Source: Clostridia bacterium (lineage in GTDB: Bacteria; Bacillota; Clostridia; Oscillospirales; CAG-272). From it: a stretch of 64,000 nt of DNA. Shown piece after piece: positions 17,086 to 27,150 of this stretch. How positions within the stretch are numbered: the first letter of the stretch is position 1; each line of letters starts with the position of its first letter. The notes beneath the pieces are model-generated. The model had not been told where the DNA came from and ran no database searches. It saw only the letters and a program-made list of their open reading frames with translations. Both the position numbers and the translations under genes were made by a program. The DNA lies in assembly GCA_017623355.1 (NCBI GenBank), contig JAGAPG010000020.1, forward strand, positions 2,762-66,761, given 5' to 3'.

Positions 17086-18864
17086 ATGAAAAAGAAATTA
17101 TTGGCTCTTATGTCAATGATCCTCGCTTGCTTGATGCTCTTTGCTTTTGTATCTTGCGGCGGTGACGAGGACACTGACGATGAGGGCGGAAACGAAAATG
17201 GCGTTGCTATGGGTGATGCTATTTCCGAAATGGTTAAGGCTACATTGGCTGAGGACGGCATTAAGGCTACAATTAAGCTTGATGCTACTATTCCCGAAGA
17301 AGGCGATATGACCGCTGATTGCGTTGTTTACGTTCAAAAGGAAGCTAACGGTGAGTACAACTTGAAGATAACTTACGATGCTTCAATGGACGGCGATGAC
17401 GAAAAGGGCGAAATCATAATCAAAGACGGTAAGGGCTACATGGTTGGCACAGATTCCGACTGGGAGTATGATGAAGAATTGGGCGAAAGCGTAATGGTAG
17501 GAACAAAGCCTTACTACTCATTCGAGGATCTCTATGCTGATATCAATGATGAGCTTGGCACAGACGACTTTATCTTCTCACTTGATTACATTATCGAGCT
17601 TGCAAATGCAAGCATCACAGAAGAGATTTCTGCTATGCTCAAGGAGTACAAGATTGAGATCTCTAAGGACGGAATTGCTAACATCGTTAAGAGAGTTGTA
17701 AACGCTGTTACACTTAACGCAACCTTTACAGAGGTTGACGGCGGTTACGAGATCGCATATTCTGTTGACTACAAGGATATGATGAACGAAACACTCGCTT
17801 ACGTAGCAACACTTTCAACAGAAACAAAGCTTGACGCTATCATAAACAAGGCGTTTGAAATTGCCGGCGTTGATATGACTGCTGACAAGATGGCAGACGT
17901 TTTGAAGAACGCTCTTAAGGACGATATGACTGTTGCTGAGGCTGTTGCAGCTCTCGAAACAGCTATCAAGGAGCTTTCAGGCGTTGAAGTAAGCCTTAAG
18001 GCTATCGTTGACGAAATGCAGACAGACCTCGACATCTCTACACAACAGATCATTGATCTCGTAAAGATGGCTGCAGGCGGCGATATGGACGGTCAGCTCA
18101 GAGATGCTAAGAGCGGTGAAACTGCTTACGATTACCTCATGAGCAAGTTCGGTGAGATCGTTCTCTCCGAGGAAATGATCGGCGTTAAGCTCAGCGAGCT
18201 TGGCGCAAGCATTGAGTTCATTATCTCATCACAAACTCTCGGCGATGCTCTCGTAATGTTCGGTGCAGCTACTGAGGAAGATCTTGGAGCAATCGACGAG
18301 CAGTTCGCACAGTTCAGCGCAATCAGCGTTGATAAGTACGATCAATCCTTCAAGTTCAGACTTGATTCTAAGTACAGAATCGAGGAGATCTCCGTATCTA
18401 TGAATATGAAGATGTCCATGAACGGTCAGGTTATGATGGATATGAGCGAATCAATGTCTGTAAAGATGGAATACACATCTGTTGCTGACAGCAACTTCGC
18501 AGTTCCCGATACATTCTTCGATGTTGAAAGCAGCTGGGTTGAAATCGGTTATAACGGGGCTGACGAATGGGGCGATTATCGCGAATACGATATGACTCCC
18601 GATCAGTTCTTTACAAACGGATTCACAACCGATCTTATAATGGGCTCTAAGGCTTCTGTAAAGGAAATCAAGCTTGAAATGTACGGCGACGAGATTGAGA
18701 TGGTTGACGGCATTAAGGTTGAAAAAGGTAAGCTTATCGTTTCATCCGAGGCTGCTAAGACTCTTTCAGCGACAGGCGATAATTTTGAGGTTATTGTAGT
18801 TGCAGCTGATAATGCAGAAGTAAGTGTTTACTTCGACATTAATCTCTATGTTGAAGTAAAATAA
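17086..18864 (+). CDS. lipoprotein of unknown function (family member 3)
   Basis: Lipobox FVS-C and a D/E-rich linker. Paralogous to 19329-20726 (ETAYDYLMSKFGEIVL vs ETIYDYLLRKFGALVL). Confidence 0.7.
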   Translation: MKKKLLALMSMILACLMLFAFVSCGGDEDTDDEGGNENGVAMGDAISEMVKATLAEDGIKATIKLDATIPEEGDMTADCVVYVQKEANGEYNLKITYDASMDGDDEKGEIIIKDGKGYMVGTDSDWEYDEELGESVMVGTKPYYSFEDLYADINDELGTDDFIFSLDYIIELANASITEEISAMLKEYKIEISKDGIANIVKRVVNAVTLNATFTEVDGGYEIAYSVDYKDMMNETLAYVATLSTETKLDAIINKAFEIAGVDMTADKMADVLKNALKDDMTVAEAVAALETAIKELSGVEVSLKAIVDEMQTDLDISTQQIIDLVKMAAGGDMDGQLRDAKSGETAYDYLMSKFGEIVLSEEMIGVKLSELGASIEFIISSQTLGDALVMFGAATEEDLGAIDEQFAQFSAISVDKYDQSFKFRLDSKYRIEEISVSMNMKMSMNGQVMMDMSESMSVKMEYTSVADSNFAVPDTFFDVESSWVEIGYNGADEWGDYREYDMTPDQFFTNGFTTDLIMGSKASVKEIKLEMYGDEIEMVDGIKVEKGKLIVSSEAAKTLSATGDNFEVIVVAADNAEVSVYFDINLYVEVK

Positions 18865-18878
18865 AATTTTATAAATTA

Positions 18879-18908
18879 AAAGGACCGATCGCAAGATCGG
18901 TCTTTTTT
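18879..18908 (+). terminator. intrinsic terminator
   Basis: gaccgatc-gcaa-gatcggtc followed by tttttt. Confidence 0.85.
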
Positions 18909-18910
18909 CA

Positions 18911-19225
18911 AGCATCAGACGCTTGACCCAGCGGGTAAGCACCCGCGGGCAGAATTCGATGAGGTTGAAGAAGTAAAAAGAGACCTCAATAGAAAGTGTA
19001 TCTATAAAATTTAAATGCACAAACAAAAGTAAGGCTACACGCCTGCGGAGGCTTCTCCGCCAAGCGTCAGACGCTTGACCCAGCGGGTAAGCACCCGCGG
19101 GCAGAATTCGATGAGGTTGAAGAAGTGAAAAGAAACCCTAATAGAAAGAGTGTCTTAAAATTTTAAATGCACAAGCAAAAGTAAGGCTATAAAGTCGGTG
19201 GCGACTCCGCAACGCCTGCGGTCGC
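18911..19225. repeat. tandem duplication (~152-bp period, 2 units) of the dispersed repeat family (copies 2 and 3)
   Basis: Unit 1 spans ~18911-19062 and unit 2 ~19063-19215. Both start (a)gc(a/g)tcagacgcttgacccagcgggtaagcacccgcgggcagaattcgatgaggttgaagaagt. Confidence 0.9.
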
Positions 19226-19255
19226 TTGACCGCCTGCTTGACAAGACGGTATAAT
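19226..19255 (+). promoter_or_regulatory. candidate promoter whose -35 lies in the repeat end
   Basis: TTGACC, 18-nt spacer, TATAAT. Confidence 0.45.
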
Positions 19256-19328
19256 ATATGTTAAAATAAAGTGTTAGATATAAATTATGTAATTGGTTTA
19301 TAACCAAGCGGAGATAAAGGAGAAAAAT

Positions 19329-20726
19329 ATGAGAAGAATTTCTTTTTTGTTGGCTTTGCTGATGCTTTTTTCGGCGTTTATGTTTTCGTGTGATAAAAAC
19401 GATAATGATACCGAGCAGAGTCAAAGCACTACTGAGGAAACAACCACCGATGAAACAACCACAGAGGATGAGGAGCAATCGGGCACTCCGGGCGGAACGA
19501 TTGCGGAAAGAGCGCTCCTTGCGCTTCTTGAAAAGGAAAATATAACTCTTACCGTTGATTTTTCGGCAGACGGCTTGCATTTGGGTCAAAGCACATCTGC
19601 TGTAGCGAGCGCAAAGGCGTATATCAAGAAAAAGGACGGAAAATACAAGCTTCAATTTGACATTAGCGGAAAGAGCGCGCCGAAGCTTGATATTGACGGA
19701 GTGGGCGTTTCCGATGACGGAGAATTTTCGCTAAGTATAGCTATTGCCGACGGAAAAATATCAATTCACGATACTCTTAACGGTAAAAGCGAGCTTGTAT
19801 ATACGGACACTCTTGGCTTTGAGCTTGACGTAGAGGGCGGAATAGATAAGCTTATCGCGCTTTACGGAGAGGATATAAAAAATATTCTCGGAGTGCAGAT
19901 AAGCTCAAGCGCGGATATCGCCAAGCTTCTTAATAATGCGATAACCGTTCTTACCTTTAACGGAAAAGTAGGCACGACAGAGGATGGCGGATATTCATTC
20001 GTTCTCGATTCGGAGCACGCGCCGTATATAAATTCTCTCGCTGCTGTTTTGGTCAAGTGCGAAAATGAGAGCATTGGCGAGCTTATATCTCAGATAGCCG
20101 AGCTTGCAAAGCTTAATATGGATGAAAAAAGCTTTATAATGCTTCTTGAAAAGAGCCTTACACAGGGGCTTGAAATCAAGGACCTGATTTTGAATATAGA
20201 GAATGCCTACAAGGATATGACAGGTAAGGAGCTTTCTATAAAGAGCATTATTGATGCTGTTCAGCAAAACTCGGGCTATTCGACGGAGCAGATAGTTGAG
20301 GTGTTAAAGGCTAACATAACGAGCCCAAAAATAAAATCTCAGTTGAACGCGCCAAAGGAAGGCGAAACCATTTATGATTATCTTTTGAGAAAATTCGGCG
20401 CGCTCGTTCTTGATTCGCTCGTGAAGGGGGCAACAGGTCAAAGCACCGTAGACGAGGCGAAGAATGCTATAATCGCGGTTATCAAGGATATGACGCTTAA
20501 GGATGCGATTGCGTCCGTTATCAAGGATACTGCTAAGGCTGATGCTATATTTGATTCGCTTTCTGCGTATAGCGCAAGGGAGCTTAGCGAGCATATAAAG
20601 ATAGAGCTTGATAAGAATTTCAATTTGAAGCTTATCGAAATCGGAGTCGGAGCTGTTTTAGATAGAAACGGCGCGGAGAGCGAAAAGGCGATATCCTCTG
20701 TTTCCATCTCGTTTGATTATAATTAA
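19329..20726 (+). CDS. lipoprotein of unknown function (family member 4)
   Basis: ATG at 19329 follows AAAGGAGAAAAAT. Lipobox MFS-C and a T/E/D-rich linker. The track start at 19293 lacks an RBS. Confidence 0.7.
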   Translation: MRRISFLLALLMLFSAFMFSCDKNDNDTEQSQSTTEETTTDETTTEDEEQSGTPGGTIAERALLALLEKENITLTVDFSADGLHLGQSTSAVASAKAYIKKKDGKYKLQFDISGKSAPKLDIDGVGVSDDGEFSLSIAIADGKISIHDTLNGKSELVYTDTLGFELDVEGGIDKLIALYGEDIKNILGVQISSSADIAKLLNNAITVLTFNGKVGTTEDGGYSFVLDSEHAPYINSLAAVLVKCENESIGELISQIAELAKLNMDEKSFIMLLEKSLTQGLEIKDLILNIENAYKDMTGKELSIKSIIDAVQQNSGYSTEQIVEVLKANITSPKIKSQLNAPKEGETIYDYLLRKFGALVLDSLVKGATGQSTVDEAKNAIIAVIKDMTLKDAIASVIKDTAKADAIFDSLSAYSARELSEHIKIELDKNFNLKLIEIGVGAVLDRNGAESEKAISSVSISFDYN

Positions 20727-20814
20727 TTTAACTAAAAAACAGTTATTGACAAACGGAAAATATTAATATATAATATGTTATAATAATAAAAGATTTATGA
20801 ACGGAGGGAGCTTT

Positions 20815-21633
20815 TTGAAGGTATCTGTTATTTCGGGCGCTTATAATATCGGCTCGTGCTTTTCATTTGACAGATCTATGAGGAGTATACTTGAGCAAAC
20901 GCACGCAGAGCTCGAATTTATAATCTGCGACGACGGCTCAACGGATAACACATGGGAGCTTCTTTCCGAATACGCAAAATCAGACGAGCGTATAAGGCTT
21001 ATAAAAAACGATCAAAACAAGGGCCTTGCTTATTCGCTTAACCGATGTATTGAGCTTGCAAGCGGTGAGCTTATCGCAAGGCACGACTGCGACGATTATT
21101 CCGCGCCCGACCGACTCGAAAGACAGATAGAATATATGAAGGAGCACCCCGAAATTTCGCTTCTCGGCACACAGGTATATCTTTTTGATGAAAACGGAGT
21201 CTGGGGTAAGGAAAAGTTCCCTGAGAGTGTGGAAAACAGAGATTTTCTTTTTGTTTCTCCGTATCAGCACGGCTCTGTGATGTTCAGACGCGAGGCTCTT
21301 TTAAAAGCGGGCGGATACCGCGTTGCAAAGGAAACGAGAAGATGCGAGGATTACGATCTTTTTATGTCGATGCAGACCTTTTCAAGGGGCGCGAATATGC
21401 AGGAGTATCTATATTACTTTTGCGAAAACAAGAGCGCGAGGAAAAGGCGTAAATACAGATACAGAATAGACGAGATGAAGGTTCGCTTTAAGGGATTTAA
21501 AAAGCTTTCGCTTATGCCAAGGGGCTTCTTTTATGCGATAAAGCCGCTTATAGTCGGACTTATTCCGTCACCTATACTTGAGGGATTAAAGAAAAAACGC
21601 AAAAGGCGCGAGGAAATAAAAAGTGATGAATAA
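20815..21633 (+). CDS. family 2 glycosyltransferase
   Basis: KVSVISGAYN, ICDDGSTDNT and a D-C-D-D motif. TTG at 20815 lies 4-7 nt after GGAGGGAG. The ATG at 20797 has no RBS. Confidence 0.8.
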   Translation: MKVSVISGAYNIGSCFSFDRSMRSILEQTHAELEFIICDDGSTDNTWELLSEYAKSDERIRLIKNDQNKGLAYSLNRCIELASGELIARHDCDDYSAPDRLERQIEYMKEHPEISLLGTQVYLFDENGVWGKEKFPESVENRDFLFVSPYQHGSVMFRREALLKAGGYRVAKETRRCEDYDLFMSMQTFSRGANMQEYLYYFCENKSARKRRKYRYRIDEMKVRFKGFKKLSLMPRGFFYAIKPLIVGLIPSPILEGLKKKRKRREEIKSDE

Positions 21634-22894
21634 GGGAGCTTCGGAGCTGAAGGGCTTTATGCGGGATTATTCCTACCGCGTAGTCGGTCCTGTGATGTAT
21701 GAATATACGCGCTGGGTTATTTCCGAGGCGCAAAAAAGAGGAATAAAGCGCCTTTACTTTCTGGCGCGCGACGGATATCTGCTTTGCGATATAGCAAAAA
21801 TGATATGTGAAAGAAACGGCTGTGATATAGAGTGCAGATATTTTTACTGCTCAAGACAGTCGCTCAGAATGCCTACCTACCGATTTATCGGTGAGGAAAC
21901 GTTTGATATGCTTTGTATAAGAGGATATTATAATACTCCGAAAAGCGTGCTTCAAAGAGCGAAGATAGACGGCATCACGGCAAGGGAGATATACTCCGAG
22001 CTTAATATAGAAAACGAGGACGAGTGCTTCAATAAGCCGGAGTTTGAGGACTTTTGCAGAAAATTAAGAGCTTGTAAGAAATATCGTGAGGCGGTGATTT
22101 TAAACTCCGAGAGGGCGTATGCGCCTGCTGTAAAATATTTCGAGCAGGAGAGAATATTTGAAAACGATACCGTCGCGATAGTAGACAGCGGTTGGACGGG
22201 CTCTATGCAGCGCTCAATGCGACAGATTCTCGATACCTGCGGATTTAAGGGAAAGATATGCGGGTTTTATTTCGGTATGTTTGAAAAGCCGAAGGATGCG
22301 CGCGACGGCGAGTATCTTACCTATTATTTCAGCAGAGATAACGGTATAAAAAGACGTGTGAAATTCAATAACAATCTTTTTGAGTGTATGCTTTCTGCTC
22401 CGCACGAGATGACCGAGGGCTACACGATAGAGGACGGTATAGCGCGCCCTGTGTTCGCAAAAAGCGCGTATTCACCCGAGCTTACAGAGCTTATTAAAGC
22501 TCAGATAGACGGAGCGTTAAGCTACGCAAGCGAGCAGCGCGAGGGGGAGCTTAACATTAAGGCTTCGCTTAAAAAATGCTATAAGATACTTAAAAGGGCT
22601 ATGATATATCCTACGGAGTACGAGGTTAAAATGTATTCGCGCTTCGTATTTTGCGACGACGTTACCGAGGGCTATCATATGTCCTTATCCGAGCAAAACG
22701 CAAGACGTATGCTCGGAAGCTATATGATATTTAGCAGAATCATAGGAAAAATATTTAAAAGAAAAAACAAAAAGCAGCCCGAGCTTTTCTGGCCAGAGGG
22801 GGTTATTGCCTCGTGTCCTGCGATTCTTCGTCCGTGGTATAGGATGAACGTGGGGCTTTGGAACTGGCTCAAGGCTATTCTTAAAAAGAAATAA
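21623..22894 (+). CDS. uncharacterised protein paralogous to the C-terminal part of the 1038-aa GT (COG5610-like)
   Basis: YFLARDGYLLCDIAK and VDSGWTGSMQRS parallel VFLARDGKMIKEAF and FDLGYSGRLQS in the next gene. Confidence 0.55.
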   Translation: MMNKGASELKGFMRDYSYRVVGPVMYEYTRWVISEAQKRGIKRLYFLARDGYLLCDIAKMICERNGCDIECRYFYCSRQSLRMPTYRFIGEETFDMLCIRGYYNTPKSVLQRAKIDGITAREIYSELNIENEDECFNKPEFEDFCRKLRACKKYREAVILNSERAYAPAVKYFEQERIFENDTVAIVDSGWTGSMQRSMRQILDTCGFKGKICGFYFGMFEKPKDARDGEYLTYYFSRDNGIKRRVKFNNNLFECMLSAPHEMTEGYTIEDGIARPVFAKSAYSPELTELIKAQIDGALSYASEQREGELNIKASLKKCYKILKRAMIYPTEYEVKMYSRFVFCDDVTEGYHMSLSEQNARRMLGSYMIFSRIIGKIFKRKNKKQPELFWPEGVIASCPAILRPWYRMNVGLWNWLKAILKKK

Positions 22895-22908
22895 CAGGAG
22901 AGAAATCA

Positions 22909-25900
22909 ATGAAAAATCCGCTTTTGACCGTCATAATACCTATGTATGGCGTTGAAAGGTTTATTGCAAAATGCCTCGACAGCGTTATAGCGCAATCTTA
23001 TGATAATCTTGAGATAATCTGCGTAAACGACGGAACTCCCGACGCATCTGCCGATATTGCAAGAGAGTATGCGAAAAACGATGCTCGTATAAGGGTGATC
23101 GACAACGAGAAAAATCTCGGTCTTTTCCGCGCAAGAGTTGAAGGACTCAGGGTCGCAAACGGCGAATACATCGCATTTGTGGACGCTGATGATTTTATAG
23201 GCGTGGATTGGTTCAGGCTTCTTTATAAGCAGATAAAAAGGGAAAATGCCGATATGGTTATCGGTAATACCGTAAATGTTGATGAAACGGGCTATAAGTT
23301 CTATTATAACAGCTATAGAGCATTGACTAAATCTCACAAGAGCATAGAGGGAGATTTGCTTGATGTCTTTTACGAGCAGGACGGAAGCAATTTCGTTTGG
23401 CACACCGTTTGGAACAAGCTTTATAAAAGAGAACTTGTCGAAAGATGTATGCCGTATTTCCTGAAGATCGATTTTCATATGATAATGGGAGAGGATATTG
23501 CATTTTCGTCGGTATTCTATACTCACGCAAGAAAGCTCGCCTTTGCCGACGCGGACTGTTATTTCTATTACAGACATTCCGAGGCGTCAACCTCTATAAC
23601 TCTGCCCAAGGAAAAGATAGTTCGTAATATTTACGATATTGGCAGAGTGTTTGATTACGTTGAGGACTCACTAAAGGACTATTCCTTGGAAAAATACGAA
23701 AATCGCAGGGCTGATATAGCTTCCTTTAAGGCTCGCTATCAGCGTACCTGGCGCGGAAATATCTGGGCGGCGAAGCTTAATGACGACCGCGATGCGCTCG
23801 ATGCTATGGAAAAGGTGTTTGGGGCGCGCGACGGAGAGCTTCCGTATCCTCACGATTTCTATTTTTATGAGCTTACATCGCCGTGGAGCGACAGGCTTGA
23901 AAGGCTTAAATGCGAGATAATTGACAAAAAGCACAAGGTTATCTCGTTTGATATATTTGATACGCTTATTATGCGTCCCTTCTATTCTCCTACGGATATT
24001 CACTGTATGGTTGGAAAAAGGGCGGGCAGGATAGCTTCATTCTTAAACGAGGAGAGCTTTCCGAAAATAAGGGCCAATGCCGAATATCAGGCGCGCGTTT
24101 TGTCCAAGGAGCAGGACGTGACCATGGACGAGATATACTCCGCGCTTGCTGATATATGCTCGATATCCTTAGAGGATGCTTACGCGATACGCGATATCGA
24201 AAAGGAGCTTGAGATAAAATATTGCTATGCAAGAAAAAGCGCGAGGGAGCTTTTTGATCTTGCAATTCTTTCGGGCAAAAGAGTTATAATAACCTCGGAT
24301 ATGTATCTTGATAAGGAAACCGTTTCGTCAATTCTTGCGAAAAACGGATACCTCGGCTATGAAAAGCTTTATCTTTCAAGCGATACTATGAAGCTCAAGG
24401 CTACGGGAGATATATTTAAATTCGTGCTTTCCGAGCTTGGTGTTGAGCCCTTCGAGATACTTCATATAGGTGACAACTGGAATTCCGATATAGTGAGCGC
24501 GCAGAAATGCGGATACGATACTTATTTTCTTCCGAAGGCGACAGAGACCTTTGAAAACGGGATATCCGACATATACACAGGAAATCAAAATCTTGCAAAT
24601 GTAACTAAAACAGCGACACAGGTCGACACTACCGCATCGAAATCGCAGCTCCCCGTGCGCTGTGCGATCGCGCTTGCGGCGAACAAATGCTTTGACAATC
24701 CCTTCAAGCCGTTTCAGTGGAATTCAAACTATAATGCCGATGCTTATTATATTGGCTACACTGCGCTTGGTCCACATATTCTCGGTATGGCTGAATGGAT
24801 ATACAACGTGTCTAAAAAAGAGGGCTATAAGAAGATAGTTTTCTTGGCGCGCGACGGTAAAATGATAAAGGAAGCGTTTGATGCTTTGAAGGAAGCGCGC
24901 GGATATGATATAGAAACGGAATATTTCTACGCAAACAGAAAATCTCTTATGCCGTACGGCGTAAGGAGCGCGAACGATTTTTATTCGATATCCAAGTATA
25001 TGGATATAAAGGCGCACACTCCCCGCGACATTTTGGGTATATATAAGGAGATTTTGCTTCCTCTTGACGATGAAACCGAAAGAAAATATAAGAAGGCAGG
25101 CATAAGGCTTGACGAGCAAATCCAAAACGATACGGAGTATTACGCTTTTATAAAGGCGCTTATTGATATTTCGTGTGATGAGGAGCTTATTTCAAAAAAA
25201 TTCGACGAGGCGTCAAGAGCGTTTAAGACTGTGTTTACCGAGAGAAGCGCTGCGTTTGATCTTGGCTACAGCGGAAGGCTTCAGTCGATAATCTGCGATC
25301 TTGCAAAAGCACCGATAGACGTATTTTATCTACACTCCAACGGCTATTCTACCGATCTTGTATCTAAGGATAAATTCAAAATACATTCGTTTTACGGATA
25401 CACCCCCACGGTTTCGGGCATTGTAAGAGAATTCTTTATGTCAGATCCCGCGCCGTCTTGCATAGGCTACGAGCTTGGCTCGTTTGGCATTAAGCCGATC
25501 TTGGAGGAAAAGGATGCTACGCTTTCGTATGAGTCTACCTATGCTATAAAGGAGCTTCAGCGCTCCGCGGTCGATTTCTGCAAGGAGTATGTAAAGACCT
25601 TTGGAAACGATTTTGAGGACTTCTCTGCAAGAGAGAGCGATTATTCCGTTGCGTTTGAGTATTTCCTCACGCACGCTATGGAGTTTGACAGATATTTGTT
25701 CTCTAATGCTATGGTAGAGGATGAGGTGTACGGCGGATATTCGGCGCGCAGTATATTTGATATCTGGACGTGGCATCAGGGACAGCTTCAGGCTGTCGGC
25801 TCAGGTGCGCCGAGCGCGATAACCGTTCACGGATTTTTAGAGGTAATGGGCGGCTCGAAGATAAAGAAGGCGCTTATGTATCTTATGTATGACAGAGCAA

Positions 25901-26025
25901 CCTTTAAGGAAAAGGTTCATTTCAAGCTGAGAAATCACAAAATACTTCTTGGTATTTTTAAATTTCTTTATGCAATTCCGAGAGGAATTTACCGTATTTT
26001 CAAGCCGAAGCGTAAAAATAAATAA
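22909..26025 (+). CDS. multidomain protein: N-terminal GT2 glycosyltransferase + HAD-like domain + COG5610-like repeat
   Basis: LTVIIPMYGVE, VNDGTPD and VDADD define the GT2 part. ISFDIFDTLIMRPF is a DxDxT HAD motif I, with GDNWNSD as HAD motif IV. Confidence 0.75.
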   Translation: MKNPLLTVIIPMYGVERFIAKCLDSVIAQSYDNLEIICVNDGTPDASADIAREYAKNDARIRVIDNEKNLGLFRARVEGLRVANGEYIAFVDADDFIGVDWFRLLYKQIKRENADMVIGNTVNVDETGYKFYYNSYRALTKSHKSIEGDLLDVFYEQDGSNFVWHTVWNKLYKRELVERCMPYFLKIDFHMIMGEDIAFSSVFYTHARKLAFADADCYFYYRHSEASTSITLPKEKIVRNIYDIGRVFDYVEDSLKDYSLEKYENRRADIASFKARYQRTWRGNIWAAKLNDDRDALDAMEKVFGARDGELPYPHDFYFYELTSPWSDRLERLKCEIIDKKHKVISFDIFDTLIMRPFYSPTDIHCMVGKRAGRIASFLNEESFPKIRANAEYQARVLSKEQDVTMDEIYSALADICSISLEDAYAIRDIEKELEIKYCYARKSARELFDLAILSGKRVIITSDMYLDKETVSSILAKNGYLGYEKLYLSSDTMKLKATGDIFKFVLSELGVEPFEILHIGDNWNSDIVSAQKCGYDTYFLPKATETFENGISDIYTGNQNLANVTKTATQVDTTASKSQLPVRCAIALAANKCFDNPFKPFQWNSNYNADAYYIGYTALGPHILGMAEWIYNVSKKEGYKKIVFLARDGKMIKEAFDALKEARGYDIETEYFYANRKSLMPYGVRSANDFYSISKYMDIKAHTPRDILGIYKEILLPLDDETERKYKKAGIRLDEQIQNDTEYYAFIKALIDISCDEELISKKFDEASRAFKTVFTERSAAFDLGYSGRLQSIICDLAKAPIDVFYLHSNGYSTDLVSKDKFKIHSFYGYTPTVSGIVREFFMSDPAPSCIGYELGSFGIKPILEEKDATLSYESTYAIKELQRSAVDFCKEYVKTFGNDFEDFSARESDYSVAFEYFLTHAMEFDRYLFSNAMVEDEVYGGYSARSIFDIWTWHQGQLQAVGSGAPSAITVHGFLEVMGGSKIKKALMYLMYDRATFKEKVHFKLRNHKILLGIFKFLYAIPRGIYRIFKPKRKNK

Positions 26026-26028
26026 TTA

Positions 26029-26057
26029 AAGCCCGTATCACTCCGATACGGGCTTTT
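26029..26057 (+). terminator. intrinsic terminator
   Basis: agcccgtatc-actcc-gatacgggct followed by tttt. Confidence 0.85.
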
Positions 26058-26065
26058 CTGCTTTC

Positions 26066-26135
26066 AAAAGAAAAAGTATCTGTAAAATTTAAATGCACAA
26101 GAAAAAGTAAGTCTGCCAAGACAGCCGCCTTCCGT
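26066..26135. repeat. dispersed intergenic repeat family, copy 4
   Basis: aaagtatctgtaaaatttaaatgcacaagaaaaagtaagtct matches the cores at 13961-14000, 18996-19036 and 19150-19188. Confidence 0.75.
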
Positions 26136-26260
26136 TTGGCGTGAATAAAAAATCATCGTTTTACGCGTAAATATTTTAAAATATTAACAAAAAGTGATTT
26201 GTTTGTGCTACAATTAAAATATAAATAAATATTTATCCACTTGTGGAAAAGGAGAATGTT

Positions 26261-27139
26261 TTGGATAGCTTTAAGATAAAAACCTCTACCGAGATAGGAA
26301 GCATCGCCAAAATTGTCGGCGAGGAAAAAGCGGTGGAATACGTTGCAAAAGCAGGCTTTGACGCTTGGGATTTTTCGCTTTTCAATATAGCAAGATACGA
26401 TTGGGAAAAGGGCTGCGTTTACGATACGGGACATATATTAACGACCTCTGAGTGCCTGAATTTTGCAAGAAAATTAAGAAAAATAGGTGAGGATAACGGT
26501 ATAATATGTAATCAGTCGCACGCTCCGTGTCCGTCTATGGCGAACGGTATTCGTGAGAAGCTCAAAACCGCCATCGAATGTACGGCAGAGGCGGGCGGAA
26601 AAATTTGCATAGTTCATCCCGATAATAACGCCTCGGCTGAAAAGAATGCGGAGCTTTATTTCGATCTTTTGCCGTTTGCGAAGGAGTGCGGAGTCGCGAT
26701 CGCTGCGGAGAATATGTGGAATTGGGATAACGTAAATAACAAAATCGCATTTGCGGCTTGCTCAACCCCTGCGGATTTTAATGCTCATCTTGACGCGGTA
26801 AATGACGAGAGCTTTGTTGCTTGTCTTGATATCGGTCACGCCGAGATGCGTGATATCGGAACTTCGGCGGTTGAGATGATATACGCGCTCGGAAAAAGAC
26901 TCAAGGCGTTACATATTCACGATACAGATCAAAGGAGCGATAATCACCAGGTACCGTTTTCGCTGAAGATTGATTTTGATGCGGTGATAAGAGCGCTTAA
27001 GGATATAGGCTACGACGGATATCTTACGCTTGAGGCGGATCAGTATCTTTCAAATCGCTGCAAGCGCACTGCGTTTTTGGGCGTAAAGTATATGGCTAAG
27101 GTGGCAAGGATACTTGCCGATAAATTCAATTCACTGTAA
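26261..27139 (+). CDS. sugar phosphate isomerase/epimerase (xylose isomerase-like TIM barrel)
   Basis: AP_endonuc_2-like pattern (VHPD, AAEN, LDIGH, HIHD, LEAD metal ligand positions). TTG at 26261 lies 6 nt after AAAGGAG. The alternative start is GTG at 26243. Confidence 0.7.
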   Translation: MDSFKIKTSTEIGSIAKIVGEEKAVEYVAKAGFDAWDFSLFNIARYDWEKGCVYDTGHILTTSECLNFARKLRKIGEDNGIICNQSHAPCPSMANGIREKLKTAIECTAEAGGKICIVHPDNNASAEKNAELYFDLLPFAKECGVAIAAENMWNWDNVNNKIAFAACSTPADFNAHLDAVNDESFVACLDIGHAEMRDIGTSAVEMIYALGKRLKALHIHDTDQRSDNHQVPFSLKIDFDAVIRALKDIGYDGYLTLEADQYLSNRCKRTAFLGVKYMAKVARILADKFNSL

Positions 27140-27150
27140 GGAGAAGATAT

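Noticed and set aside
19155-19655. 166-aa minus-strand ORF spanning the tandem repeat and the lipoprotein gene start
   Set aside because: It runs through non-coding repeat DNA and the opposite-strand signal peptide region. It has Arg/Cys/Leu-rich junk composition and no RBS.
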